This document shows, piece by piece, positions 1 through 12,119 of a DNA stretch of 64,000 bases. Numbering within the stretch: position 1 is the stretch's first letter; the number at the start of each line of letters is the position of its first letter. Below the pieces are notes generated by a model. The model saw only the letters and a program-made list of their open reading frames with translations, was not told where the DNA came from and searched no databases. The DNA is from Eledone cirrhosa (lineage: Eukaryota). A program made the translations under genes and the position numbers. The stretch spans positions 43,710,001 through 43,774,000 of the forward strand of contig OZ024751.1 in NCBI GenBank assembly GCA_964016885.1, in the 5' to 3' direction.

Positions 1-39
<39 letters not shown>

Positions 40-569
40 TGTGTTTGCATGAGATATTTTATCTAGATTGTCAAAAATTAACCAGCTGTGACCGGACTGA
101 TTTTTATCTTTTCTTGTTGTTACTGTGCATTCTCATCTCATTGTCATGTGATCTAACCAGTGTCATGTGATCTAACCAGTGTTATGTGTGTGTGTGTGTT
201 TGTTTGATCATCATCATCATCATCACTGTTTAATATCCACTTTTGCACATGTTTAACATTTCAGAACCTTTAAAAGACATCCTCCTCCTTCTTACTCCCA
301 CACTTCATTCAACTGTGACATGACAGTTACTGCTTTCACCAGCCCCTTGCAAAGTTAACAGTAGGCCCAGGCTAGATCTTAATGTTGACCCTGCCACCTC
401 CTATTAAAGCTGATACTAAGCCTAGACCAGATCTAAAATGTAGACCTACAGTCACTCACCATCACCAAAAGCTGGTAATTTGCCTGGGCCAGATGTAAAA
501 TCTGGACTACCCTCTCCTCCCTAAAGCTAGTAATAGAACCAGGCCCAATGTAAAATGTCAACCATTAAT

Positions 570-1022
570 ACACTGGAGTTGATTTAATTGACTATCCCCT
601 CCCCCTTCAAATTACTGGCCTTGTGCCTCAATCAGAAGCCATTATTAACACAGTGTATTGATTGTAATCAGTAGAGCATTGGTCAACATACTTCGCGGCA
701 TATAGCTACTTTTGTTTACATTCTGAGTTTGAATCCCACCAAGGTGAGCTTTGCCTTTCATCCTTTCTGGGTAGATAAAATAAAATACCAGTAACACACT
801 GGGGTTGATTTTATCAGCTTTCCTCTGCCCTTCAAATTGCTGGCCTTGTACGAAATGTAGAAACCATGGCCCTTTACGGTCTGAGTTCAAATCCCGCCGA
901 GGTTAACTTTGCCTTTCATCTTTGTGTGGTCAATAAAAGAAAGTACCAGTAATGCACTGGGGTCGATTTAATCGACTTTTCCTTCTCCCCAAATTGCTGG
1001 CCTTGTGCCTATAGTAGAAATC
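570..1022 (+). mobile_element. tandem partial SINE copies with Nin/Deu-like core
   Basis: Repeated GAGTTCAAATCCCGCCGAGG...GCCTTTCATCCTT...GATAAAATAAAGTACCAG; further copies near 1780-1930, 11920-12070, 39280-39570, 57690-58140. Confidence 0.7.
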
Positions 1023-1678
1023 ATTATTATTATTATTATTATTATTATTAAGGTGATTATGAGGATGAGAATGGTGCGAGTGGTGTGAAACTCAACATAC
1101 CAATGCAAATAAAACTGTGTGCATTGTCAAAACATTAGACATGTGCAGCTGCTTCATATTAATGGATGTAATGCCGTGTGTGCAGCTGTTGAACTTTAGC
1201 AGCAATGCTACTTAGCACTTGCAGCTGTTGCACATTACCATCAGCAGCAGCATTTAATGTCTGTTGACTTGGGAAACATTGTATTAGGAAAAAATGACAC
1301 TGGAGAGGATCAATTCCTTCCAGATGTTTCTCACCAATTTTTCCCCTCCCCAGGAATACTTTACCTAATTTTCTCAATTATTATTTATAGTAATTAACTA
1401 TTATTATGGTCATTTTCGTCAGGATGTCCACATTTCATATATATATATATCTATATATATATATATATGGGAATCAATCGACTTTTTTGTCAACTTGGAC
1501 TGAGGAAACAATGTTCCATTGGTCTTTCCAATTGCTAATACTATCTATCAGTGGCAGCGTGAAATAAAGTGTCTTGTTCAAGGACATAACGCATCGCCCG
1601 GTCCAGGAATCGAACTGAAAATCTCACAATTGCGAATCCAGTTCTCTAACCAATCAGCCATGCGCCTTCACACACACG

Positions 1679-1741
<63 letters not shown>

Positions 1742-2156
1742 AATGTTATCTCCCCCATGCGCCTCAAGAGATCTCACATTATCCCAGTGCATTACTGGTA
1801 CTTTATTTTAGCGACCCTTGTAAGAATGAAAGGCAAAACTAACCTCACCGGTATTTGAAACTCAGAATGTAAAGAACCTAACTCTATGCTGCAAAGCATG
1901 TTGTCCAACAACATACTGACACTGCCCTGATGATGATGATGATGATGTGGAATTTTCTGATATGTCATCAATTTAATTAATTTTCTCTATTTTTTAAATT
2001 TATTTATTTATTTTGTTGTTGTTGTTGTTGTTGCAGGACTTCAATATGATGGTGTGAGCTTCATCCAGACATAACAATGGTATCCAGTTTAAAGATGGTT
2101 TTCTTCTACAGACTCACTGTGATTTAACGGTGATTCTTCTCCCCAGTGTTGCCACT

Positions 2157-3628
2157 ATGTCTCACACACATGGGGCCAAAGATAAAGATGAAATCAAGCC
2201 ACGTAAGATCCCTAACCAAAGTATCGTCCACCGTGTCTTTGACCGACAGATTAACTTTGGCCGTCCAGGTGTCCAGTTCAATCAATCCCGTATGTTCTAC
2301 ACAAATGTTTTCCCCAATTTTACTATTGTCAATGTTGAAAAGCCTCCGTGTTTCCTGAGGAAATTCTCTCCGGATGGTCATTACTTCATTGCTTTCTCCG
2401 CAACACAGACATCTCTGGAAATATATGAGTTCAATGGTCCGGCAGCTGCTGCTGACCTTTTGAGGCACTTCAGTGGTGACCACACCCCTTCAGTCTATGA
2501 CAGCCGGTTACACTATCTCCATAGTAAACTCTTTGAACGGTTTTTTACACAGAAACAAGTCACTGTAGTGGCAACTAATGGAGAACATTTAAACCGAGAA
2601 TGTAGTTTATTTACTGATGACGGTAGGTATGTTATAGTAGGATCAGCAATTTTTGTGCCAGAGGACCCTTACCCTATTTTTTTCGATATCTATAGAAACA
2701 ATGAATCAGTGCCCCCTAATCCTCGCTGTCCCCTCGAGGACTATTGCTTGCACATTGTCGAACTGGAAACAGGGCTGCTGTGTGACACCCGCCAATTTAA
2801 ATGTGATAAAATATTCCTCTCACACAACCAAGGACTGTATTTGTATAAGAACACTCTCGCTGTTCTCTCTGTCCAACACCAGACCATTCACATCTTCCAG
2901 ATTACTAAAGATGGTCATTTTGTTGATGTACGTAGTATAGGTCGGTTTTGTTTCGACGACGATGAAAGCATACTTCATCTAGGCTTAGATTCTAAGACTC
3001 AGGTACACCAGATCCGGCCAATGACCGAAACAACTATCAATTCCCTGAAGCACCGTCTTCTAGTGTTCTTATACGAACGTGCCAAACGCATGGACTCTAT
3101 ATACGAGCTACGTAAGTTTTATCAATATTTTGATCAGTTTAAGAGTTTACGAATGTGGAAGATGCAGCTAATAGATAGCGAACATCTGCTCATAAAATAT
3201 GCAAGTGAAGAGGTGGTCACTCTGCGTGTTTCCGACCCCAATTCACAACCATCATTTTTCGTTGTCTATAACATGATCACCACTGAAGTTTTAGCCGTCT
3301 ACGAGAACACTTCTGAGAACCTTCTGGAACTTTTTGAAGATTTCTGTGATGTCTTTCGCAATGCCATGCTGCATAGCGACATGCAGTTCACGTGTTCAGC
3401 TTCGAGTAACATCTATGCTCGACAGATGCAACATAGATTCAAACAGACTATAATTAATGCCAAGTTTGGTGGACACACAGAAGCTGTGAAGCGTCTGTTG
3501 GCTCAACTGCCAATCAGTGCTCAATCGTTCAGCAGTAGTCCGTATCTCGACTTGGCTCTCTTTAGCTACGATGAAAAATGGGTTTCAATGATGGAAAGAC
3601 CAAAGGCTTGTGGTGACCACCCCATCAG
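2157..3628 (+). CDS. DET1: DET1 homolog (de-etiolated 1, COP1/CUL4-DDB1 adaptor), coding exon 1
   Basis: Translation [21 protein letters not shown]...[23 protein letters not shown]...[12 protein letters not shown] is recognisably DET1. ATG at 2157 in GCCACTATG context, upstream acceptor ttgcag ending 2036, donor AG|gtaaat after 3628 (phase 2). Confidence 0.95.
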
Positions 3629-6585
3629 GTAAATATCTTAACATTTCTGTATTTCTTGATACAAGATTCACCAATATTATTTTTTTTTTTTTTTTTCAGG
3701 TATTCTTGAGACCATCACATACTTCCCCCTCCTCTCTCTCTCTCTCTCCATCTCTCTCCCCACCCCCTCTCTTAATTTCTCTTCCCTAATCCCTCGAAAA
3801 AGAAGCAAAATAATAGAAAGTAAAAAAATAATAATAATAATAATAATCAAACAAAGAACGTCATCCTTTCACAAGTGTGGGCGGAAAATCAATGTAAAAT
3901 GGGGGACAGTGGGTAGAGGGGATGGGAGGAATAAATTAATATTTGTAGCGGGGGGAAGATAGAGAAAGGAGTTAAATGTTGGGGAGGGGAGTCAGAAATA
4001 ATTCAGGTAACAGACACATGGCTTTCATTTTCTTTTTAAACTGTTTTGTATATCATATTTCCAATGAAAGGTACTGTCTATCGTTTTTAACTACATTTGA
4101 AAATAATAAAGAATTTGGAAGGTTTTAGTATTATAATTAACTTTCTCATTATTAAGCAGGCGTTCTTACATAAAATTATGATGGAAGGTTTTTTAGATAA
4201 ATATAAACACGTTAATCTCTTCATTATCATATTTATTATGATTGACACTGTCATCAATGGTCTTTCAAAAATGTGGAGGGATTTAGTAATAGAACTAGTT
4301 TTCTCATTATTAAGCTGGTGTTTGGAACATAACTTAATAAGGTTCTTACATAAAATTATGATGGAAGTAAATTATATAAATATAAATACTTTAACCCTTT
4401 CGTTATCATATATATGTCTTATAAAAGACACTGTCAATGGTTTTCAACTATATTTGAAAATAATAAATAATTTGGAAAAATTTAGTAATATAACTAACTT
4501 TCTCATATCAAACTGGTGTTTGGAACATAACTTAACAAAGTTAAAATTATGATGGAAGGGTTTTTTTAGATAGTCGTAAGAAGCAACTATAAAGGTTGAT
4601 GTCGGGAAGGCCAACCAGCTGTAAAACATTGCCTCAAAAAGTCCCATTTAACCCATGCTAGCATGGAAAAGTTCACATAAGATCTATGGTGATGATGATG
4701 GTAAACACTCTAAAGCAATCAGTTTTGTATCGTAGAACCAAAGGCAGTCTCAGGTAGATGTGGGTATCAATAGGGTTAATCTTTTCCAAACTCTGACAAC
4801 ATTCTTTGATTGTATTTCTATGTTTGTATTACTGCAACCAGCAGAAACTTATGGCTTATTTGGAGATTGGGGTGGAGGCTAGGGTTAGGATATAGGGTGG
4901 GGCAGGGCATGAAATGAGACCAATGTATACAGTTGGAGTCTATTTCGATATTACAGCCTTTAATCACCAATAGTCTTTGTATTCTCCCAATATTTAAAAG
5001 GGATTTCATTGGTATCCCTGGTGGTCACATGTGTCTATTGAAGTGTGTGTTGGTGTATGTATTGAAGTGTGTGTATGCGTGTCGACGTGTATTGGTGTGT
5101 GTGTGTGTGTATAGACATGTGTATGTGTTGGTGTGTGTCTGTGTGTATGTGTGTTGGTTTGTGAGTGTGTGTATGTTTGTCTTTTGACTTGATGGTGCTG
5201 AGTCATTGGGAAACAGGGCTTTTTTTTTTCTATATTGATATTGGCTTCTAATCAATAATGAGGAAAAGCCTGCTTGTTGTATTGAACAGTTTGGTCATGA
5301 TGGAAGTAAGGAAAGTGGAGGGGATAAGAGGCTGGTGGGAGCTTCAAACCACAATTAGATTTTCCAGCATGCTGGGGGGAAAAATATTTATGGCATTTAT
5401 CAATGTGGTCTATTGTATAGTTGTTATTGCTGTGTTGTGAAGGCGTGTGGCTTTGGAGTTACTGTGTTTGGCTCTCAATCGTAAGGATGTGAGTTCGATT
5501 CCTGCCAACATGTTTGTGTCCTTGTCTGAGACATTATTTCACATTGCTCCAGTCCACTCAGCTGGCAAAAATGTGTTGTGCCTGTAATTCAAATATTCAA
5601 ACAGCTAGCTTTGTCACACACCATGTGAACTATGTTAAGGGAACATAGACACCCCCACTATGTTTATCTCTAGATAAGAAGGTGACAGATGGGACATTCT
5701 TTAGTTCCATTCATACCACACAGGTATGAAGCCACTCCTGGGTCTATGATGATTCAAAGATATAGTGTATATTTTAGAGTGTTTGTATTTCTGTTTTCGT
5801 ACTCTCGATCAGGGTTTGCCTAGGGTTAAATGACACCAACAGTAACACCAGCAAGACTGCAACTATCACAGTTATGCTAAGTCAAGCTTATATTTAATGC
5901 ATGCTGGGTTATAAAAGTAAATTTGCTGTCAGTGACTCAGTATAACAAGCTCTCTTTCAACTTTAACAACCAAATCAATAACAGACAATTATAATAATGT
6001 TTTCAGTGCATTAGTTTGGTCTTTCTCACACCATAATTTTATCAATCAGTTTTGTCTGAAAGCTTTCATTTTGGGGGGAGGTGGGGAAGTATTTGGCTGG
6101 AACACTTTCGTTTGGTGTTTTGAGTTATTTTTTTTTTATTTTTGCTTTTGCTTTTGCTCCCCCTCCCCCTTTTTTCTCCTTTTAATTGCACGAGTGCAAC
6201 AACTAACTCTTCTGCAGCCAGCTTGCATACTGCAGCAGCAGCTGTAGCTGCACAGTTGTTTGGCTTAGCGTCATTGTTATGTAAGTTGTGAAGGAAACAG
6301 ACCAAAACATACATACCTGGCTATTAAAGGTGGATGGTGTGTGTGTGGTGGGGGGTGATGGTGGGAGAACTGACTGGGGAATGTAGACCGATGCTTGGAT
6401 TGGGATTGGGATGGAAACTAGCTGGATTGTTGTGTTTGGCAGGAGATTGGCCGGCTAGCTGGCTGGCTGACTGACTGACTGACTGGTGTTTTCTGGATCG
6501 TACTGGCTAAGACTGGTTGGCTGGCTGGTGGTAGGATTAGCTGGCTGGTTGGTTGGTTGGTTGGCTGAGACTGGCTTGTTGGTTT

Positions 6586-6900
6586 GACTACAATAGCTTG
6601 GATTAGCTGGCTGGTTTGTTAGGTAGCCCACACTGGCTGGAACTGGCTGGTTAGTTTGACTACAATAGCTTGGATTAGCTGGCTGGTTTGTTAGGTAGCC
6701 CACGCTGTCTGGAACTGGCTGGTTAGTTTGACTACAATAGCTTGGATTAGCTGGCTGGTTTGTTAGGTAGCCCACACTGGCTGGAACTGGCTGGTTAGTT
6801 TGACTACAATAGCTTGGATTAGCTGGCTGGTTTGTTAGGTAGCCCACACTGGCTGGAACTGGCTGGTTAGTTTGACTACAATAGCTTGGATTAGCTGGCT
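6586..6900. repeat. 72-bp tandem repeat, about 4.5 copies
   Basis: CAATAGCTTGGATTAGCTGGCTGG recurs every 72 bp. Confidence 0.9.
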
Positions 6901-7330
6901 GGATCTCTCTGGATGAAGCTTGCTGGGCAGCTAAACACTGGCTAAGATTGAGTGGTTGGCTGGCTGGCTGGATCCATCTGGCTGAGGCTGGGTAGCTGGC
7001 TGGGATTTTTAGTGGCTGAGGCTGGTTGGCTGGCTGGCTGGATAGATCTCAATGGCTTGGATTAACTGGCTGAGACAGGATGGGGTTGGTTGAAACTTGT
7101 TGGCTGGATTACAATAACTGGATGGATAAGGCTAGTTGGATGGTTAATCTTGGCAGGAAACAGGCTGAATAGATTGCCAGATCACACTGACTTAAGCTGT
7201 CTAGATCACATTGACTTAGGAAGTGGAGGGGACAGGCTGGGACTGGGGGTAAGTTGAGGGTTATGGCTAATAACCTGGGGTTGACTTAGGGGGCTTGTGT
7301 TTACCACTGGCTTGGGGGATATGGCTGATA

Positions 7331-10300
7331 ACCACCACCATCACCTCCACTACCACCATCACCAACACCTCTACTGCCACCATCACCTCTACTACCACCA
7401 TCACTTCCACTACCACCATCACCTCCACTACCACCATCACCTCTACTACCACCATCACCTCCACTACCACCATCACCTCTACTACCACCATCACCTCTAC
7501 TACCACCATCACCTCTACTACCACCATCACCTCTACTACCACCATCACCTCTACTACCACCATCACCTCCACTACCACCATCACCTCTACTACCACCATC
7601 ACCTCTACTACCACCATAACCTCTACTACCACCATCACCTCTACTACCACCATCACCTCTACTACCACCATCACCTCCACTACCACCATCACCTCCACTA
7701 CCACCATCACCTCCACTACCACCATCACCTCTACTACCACCATCACCTCCACTACCACCTCAACTACCACCATCACCTCCACTACCACCTCCACTACCAC
7801 CATCACCTCCACTACCACCATCACCTCCACTACCACCTCCACTACCACCAACACCTCCACTACCACCATCACCTCTACTACCACCATCACCTCTACTACC
7901 ACCATCACCTCTACTACCACCATCACCTCCACTACCACCATTACCTCCACTACCACCATCACCTCCACTACCACCATCACCTCTACTACCACCATCACCT
8001 CCACTACCACCTCAACTACCACCATCACCTCCACTACCACATCCACTACCACCATCACCTCCACTACCACCATCACCTCCACTACCACCTCCACTACCAC
8101 CAACACCTCCACTACCACCATCACCTCCACTACCACCATCACCTCTACTACCACCATCACCTCCACTACCACCATCACCTCCACTACCACCATCACCTCT
8201 ACTACCACCATCACCTCCACTACCACCATCACCTCCACTACCACCATCACCTCTACTACCACCATCACCTCCACTACCACCATCACCTCCACTACCACCA
8301 TCACCTCTACTACCACCATCACCTCCACTACCACCTCCACTACCACCATCACCTCCACTACCACCTCCACTACCACCTCCACTACCACTACCACCTCCAC
8401 TACCACCAACACCTCCACTACCACCATCACCTCCACTACCACCTCCACTACCACCAACACCTCCACTACCACCATCACCTCCACTACCACCTCTACTACC
8501 ACCATCACCTCCACTACCACCATCACCTCCACTACCACCATCACCTCTACTACCACCATCCCCTCCACTACCACCATCACCTCCACTACCACCATCACCT
8601 CCACTACCACCTCCACTACCACCATCACCTCCACTACCACCATCACCTCTACTACCACCATCACCTCCACTACCACCATCACCTCTACTACCACCATCCC
8701 CTCCACTACCACCATCACCTCCACTACCACCATCACCTCCACTACCACCTCCACTACCACCATCACCTCCACTACCACCATCACCTCTACTACCACCATC
8801 ACCTCCACTACCACCATCACCTCCACTACCACTACCACCTCCACTACCACCAACACCTCCACTACCACCAACACCTCCACTACCACCATCACCTCCACTA
8901 CCACCATCACCTCTACTGCCACCATCACCTCCACTACCACCAACACCTCCACTACCACCATCACCTCCACTACCACCATCACCTCTACTACCACCATCAC
9001 CTCTACTACCACCATCACCTCCACTACCACCATCACCTCCACTACCACCATCACCTCTACTACCACCATCACCTCAACTACCACCATCACCTCCACTACC
9101 ACCATTACCTCCACTACCACCATCACCTCCACTACCACCATCACCTCCACTACCACCATCACCTCCCCTACCACCTTCACTACCACCAACACCTCCACTA
9201 CCACCATCACCTCCACTACCACCATCACCTCTACTACCACTATCACCTCTACTACCACCATCACCTCCACTACCACCATCACCTCCACTACCACCATCAC
9301 CTCTACTACCACCATCACCTCCACTACCACCATCACCTCCACTACCACCATCACCTCCACTACCACCATCACCTCTACTACCACCATCACCTCCACTACC
9401 ACCATCACCTCCACTACCACCATCACCTCCACTACCACCATCACCTCCACTACCACCATCACCTCCACTACCACCATCACCTCCACTACCACCATCACCT
9501 CTACTACCACCATCACCTCAACTACCACCATCACCTCCACTACCACCATTACCTCCACTACCACCATCACCTCCACTACCACCATCACCTCCACTACCAC
9601 CATCACCTCCCCTACCACCTTCACTACCACCATCACCTCCACTACCACCATCACCTCCCCTACCACCTTCACTACCACCAACACCTCCACTACCACCATC
9701 ACCTCTACTACCACTATCACCTCTACTACCACCATCACCTCCACTACCACCATCACCTCCACTACCACCATCACCTCTACTACCACCATCACCTGCACTA
9801 CCACCATCACCTCTACTACCACCATCACCTCCACTACCACCATCACCTCCACTACCACCATCACCTCCACTACCACCATCACCTCCACTACCACCATCAC
9901 CTCTACTACCACCATCACCTCCACTACCACCATCACCTCTACTACCACTATCACCTCTACTACCACCATCACCTCCACTACCACCATCACCTCTACTACC
10001 ACCTCCACTACCACCATCACCTCCACTACCACCATCACCTCTACTACCACCTCCACTACCACCATCACCTCTACTACCACCATCACCTCCACTACCACCA
10101 TCACCTCCACTACCACCATCACCTCCACCACCACCATCCCCTCCACTACCACCATCACCTCCACTGCCACCATCATCATAACTATCTTCATCACTACCAC
10201 CACTACTTCCTCTAGCACTGCCACCACCATCCCCACCCCTATCGCCACTACCACAACCACCCCTATTACTACCACCACCACCACCACCATCCCCACCCCT

Positions 10301-10610
10301 ATCGCCACTACCACAACCACCCCTATTACTACCACCACCACCACCATCCCCACCCCTATTACCACAACCACCCCTATTGCTACTACCACCATCCACACCT
10401 CTATCACCACTACCACAACCACCCCCATCACTACTACCACCAACACTACCACCACCAACACTACCACTATCTCTACTACCACCAACACTACCACTCTCAT
10501 CACATGTTTATCCTCCATATCAGACCTGAACTGTTGTTTCTTAAACTCACCTCCTTCTGCCTTTTCCACTACCACCACCACCACCACCACTACTACTACT
10601 ACTACTCACC
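7331..10610. repeat. 18-bp minisatellite (CACCATCACCTCYACTAC)n decaying into (ACC/ACT)n
   Basis: Direct inspection; about 2.8 kb of regular array plus degenerate tail. Confidence 0.97.
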
Positions 10611-10809
10611 TCTGACCTTATTTCCTCCTACTACTCCTCACCTCTGACCTTTCCTATTTCTCATTCAAATTTACTAATCAAGTTGGTAGGGTGTGAGACG
10701 GGGGGGGGGGCTTATTGGCTTTTATGTTACATTCATCATTATCATTAATATTATCATCATGTTAATCATCATTATCATAATTATCTACAAAGTGAATTCC
10801 ACCCGGCTT

Positions 10810-10846
<37 letters not shown>

Positions 10847-11232
10847 GTCATATGGACAGATATATACATACATACACTCACACAGTGACCACAAGATACA
10901 GACAGAGAGGCAAGACATCCACAGACCACTACACACACACACACACACAGACATCCACACACAGACACATACATAGATGTATATATGGCCTTGATGGAGT
11001 CATAGAGACAAAGTAACTTACAACACTGTGTCTCTTTTATCTTAAACCTGGCAGAGTCCATCTCCTCTCCAGCCAAGAGAGACAGACAGACAGATAGACA
11101 GATATATATATATGCAGAGGTTATATTTAATTTGTTGGGATTCAACAAGCTTTAAAAATGTTATAACTGATATAAAGCACTCAACAGATTAGTGAGTAAA
11201 TACACAATATATTAATAAATGGAAAACATATT

Positions 11233-11298
11233 TATTTTATTATACATATTTCAAGGGCAACCAAGGCAAATTATGGTGCGCTTTCATCAGATAAAATA
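11233..11298 (-). ncRNA. minimal type I hammerhead ribozyme motif (inverted twin of 11345-11410)
   Basis: Exact reverse complement of 11345-11410. Confidence 0.75.
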
Positions 11299-11344
11299 CA
11301 GGTTGTCTTTTTTTCTGGGTATGTCAATATTTATAAAACAAATC

Positions 11345-11410
11345 TATTTTATCTGATGAAAGCGCACCATAATTTGCCTTGGTTGCCCTTGAAATATGTA
11401 TAATAAAATA
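11345..11410 (+). ncRNA. minimal type I hammerhead ribozyme motif
   Basis: UAUUUUAU-CUGAUGA-stem II(AAGCGCACC/GGUUGCCCUU)-GAAA-UAUGUA-UA^-AUAAAAUA; 8-bp stem I. Confidence 0.75.
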
Positions 11411-11464
11411 AATATGGGTTTTATAAATATAGTTTCCATTTATTAATATATTGTATATATATAT

Positions 11465-11812
11465 CATCATCATCATCATCATCATCATTTTACGTCCGCT
11501 TTTCCCTCCTTGCAAGGGTGGGACGGGAACTGATTCTGGCTTGATTTCTACAGCTGGATGCCCTTCCTAACACCAACCTCATTTAGAGTGAGTGCTGGGT
11601 GCTTTTTTTTTCCGTGGCACCTACACGACCACTTTGCAGTGGAATGATAGGGACCCCAGTCCCTATCATCTCATTTCTACAGCTGAGTAAACTGGAGCAA
11701 TGTGAAATAAAGTGTCTTGCTCAAGGAAACAACACATCGCCCAGTCTGAGAATTGAACTCACAACCTTTCGATTGCAAAGCCAATGCTCTAACCACTAAG
11801 CCATGTGCCTCC
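11465..11812 (-). mobile_element. full-length tRNA-derived SINE with RTE-type 3' tail
   Basis: A box TGGCTTAGTGG, B box GTTCAATTC, CCTTGAGCAAGACACTT core, ends in GGACGTAAAA(TGA)n. Confidence 0.85.
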
Positions 11813-11859
11813 CATCACTAGCAACACCACCACCACCACCTTCTTTACAACTGTCTCTT

Positions 11860-11890
<31 letters not shown>

Positions 11891-12119
11891 GTATATATAT
11901 ATAGAGAGACAGACAGAATTGACCCTCTACTAGACAGGTACTTTTTTTTATTGATCTTGAAGGATGAAAGGCAAAGTTGACCTTGGCAGGATTTGAACTC
12001 TGAGAGCAGAGCTGAAACAAACACCACAAAAGCATTCTATCCAACGTTCTAACGACTCTGTCAATTTGCTGCCCTATAATATTATTTGGACCTTAATAAG
12101 GGCCATAATTGTAATGTTG

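Noticed and set aside
2130-2156. DET1 start at 2130 and stop at 3632 as in the ORF track
   Set aside because: 2130 is a GTG; homology fits the ATG at 2157, and the apparent stop lies in the intron after the donor at 3628
4097-4647. 151-aa and 67-aa ORFs downstream of DET1 exon 1
   Set aside because: AT-rich degenerate direct repeats in an intron with no recognisable protein features
6455-6847. 24-aa repeat protein ORF
   Set aside because: Product of an intronic 72-bp tandem repeat, antisense to DET1, with no splice or homology support
7267-10615. 1100-aa mucin-like Thr-rich, His-rich and Val-rich ORFs
   Set aside because: Open in several frames on both strands only because the 18-bp unit lacks stops; lies inside the DET1 intron and has no unique domain
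11735-11812. tRNA genes suggested by A/B boxes
   Set aside because: These are SINE heads continuing into shared SINE bodies, without an intact cloverleaf or acceptor stem
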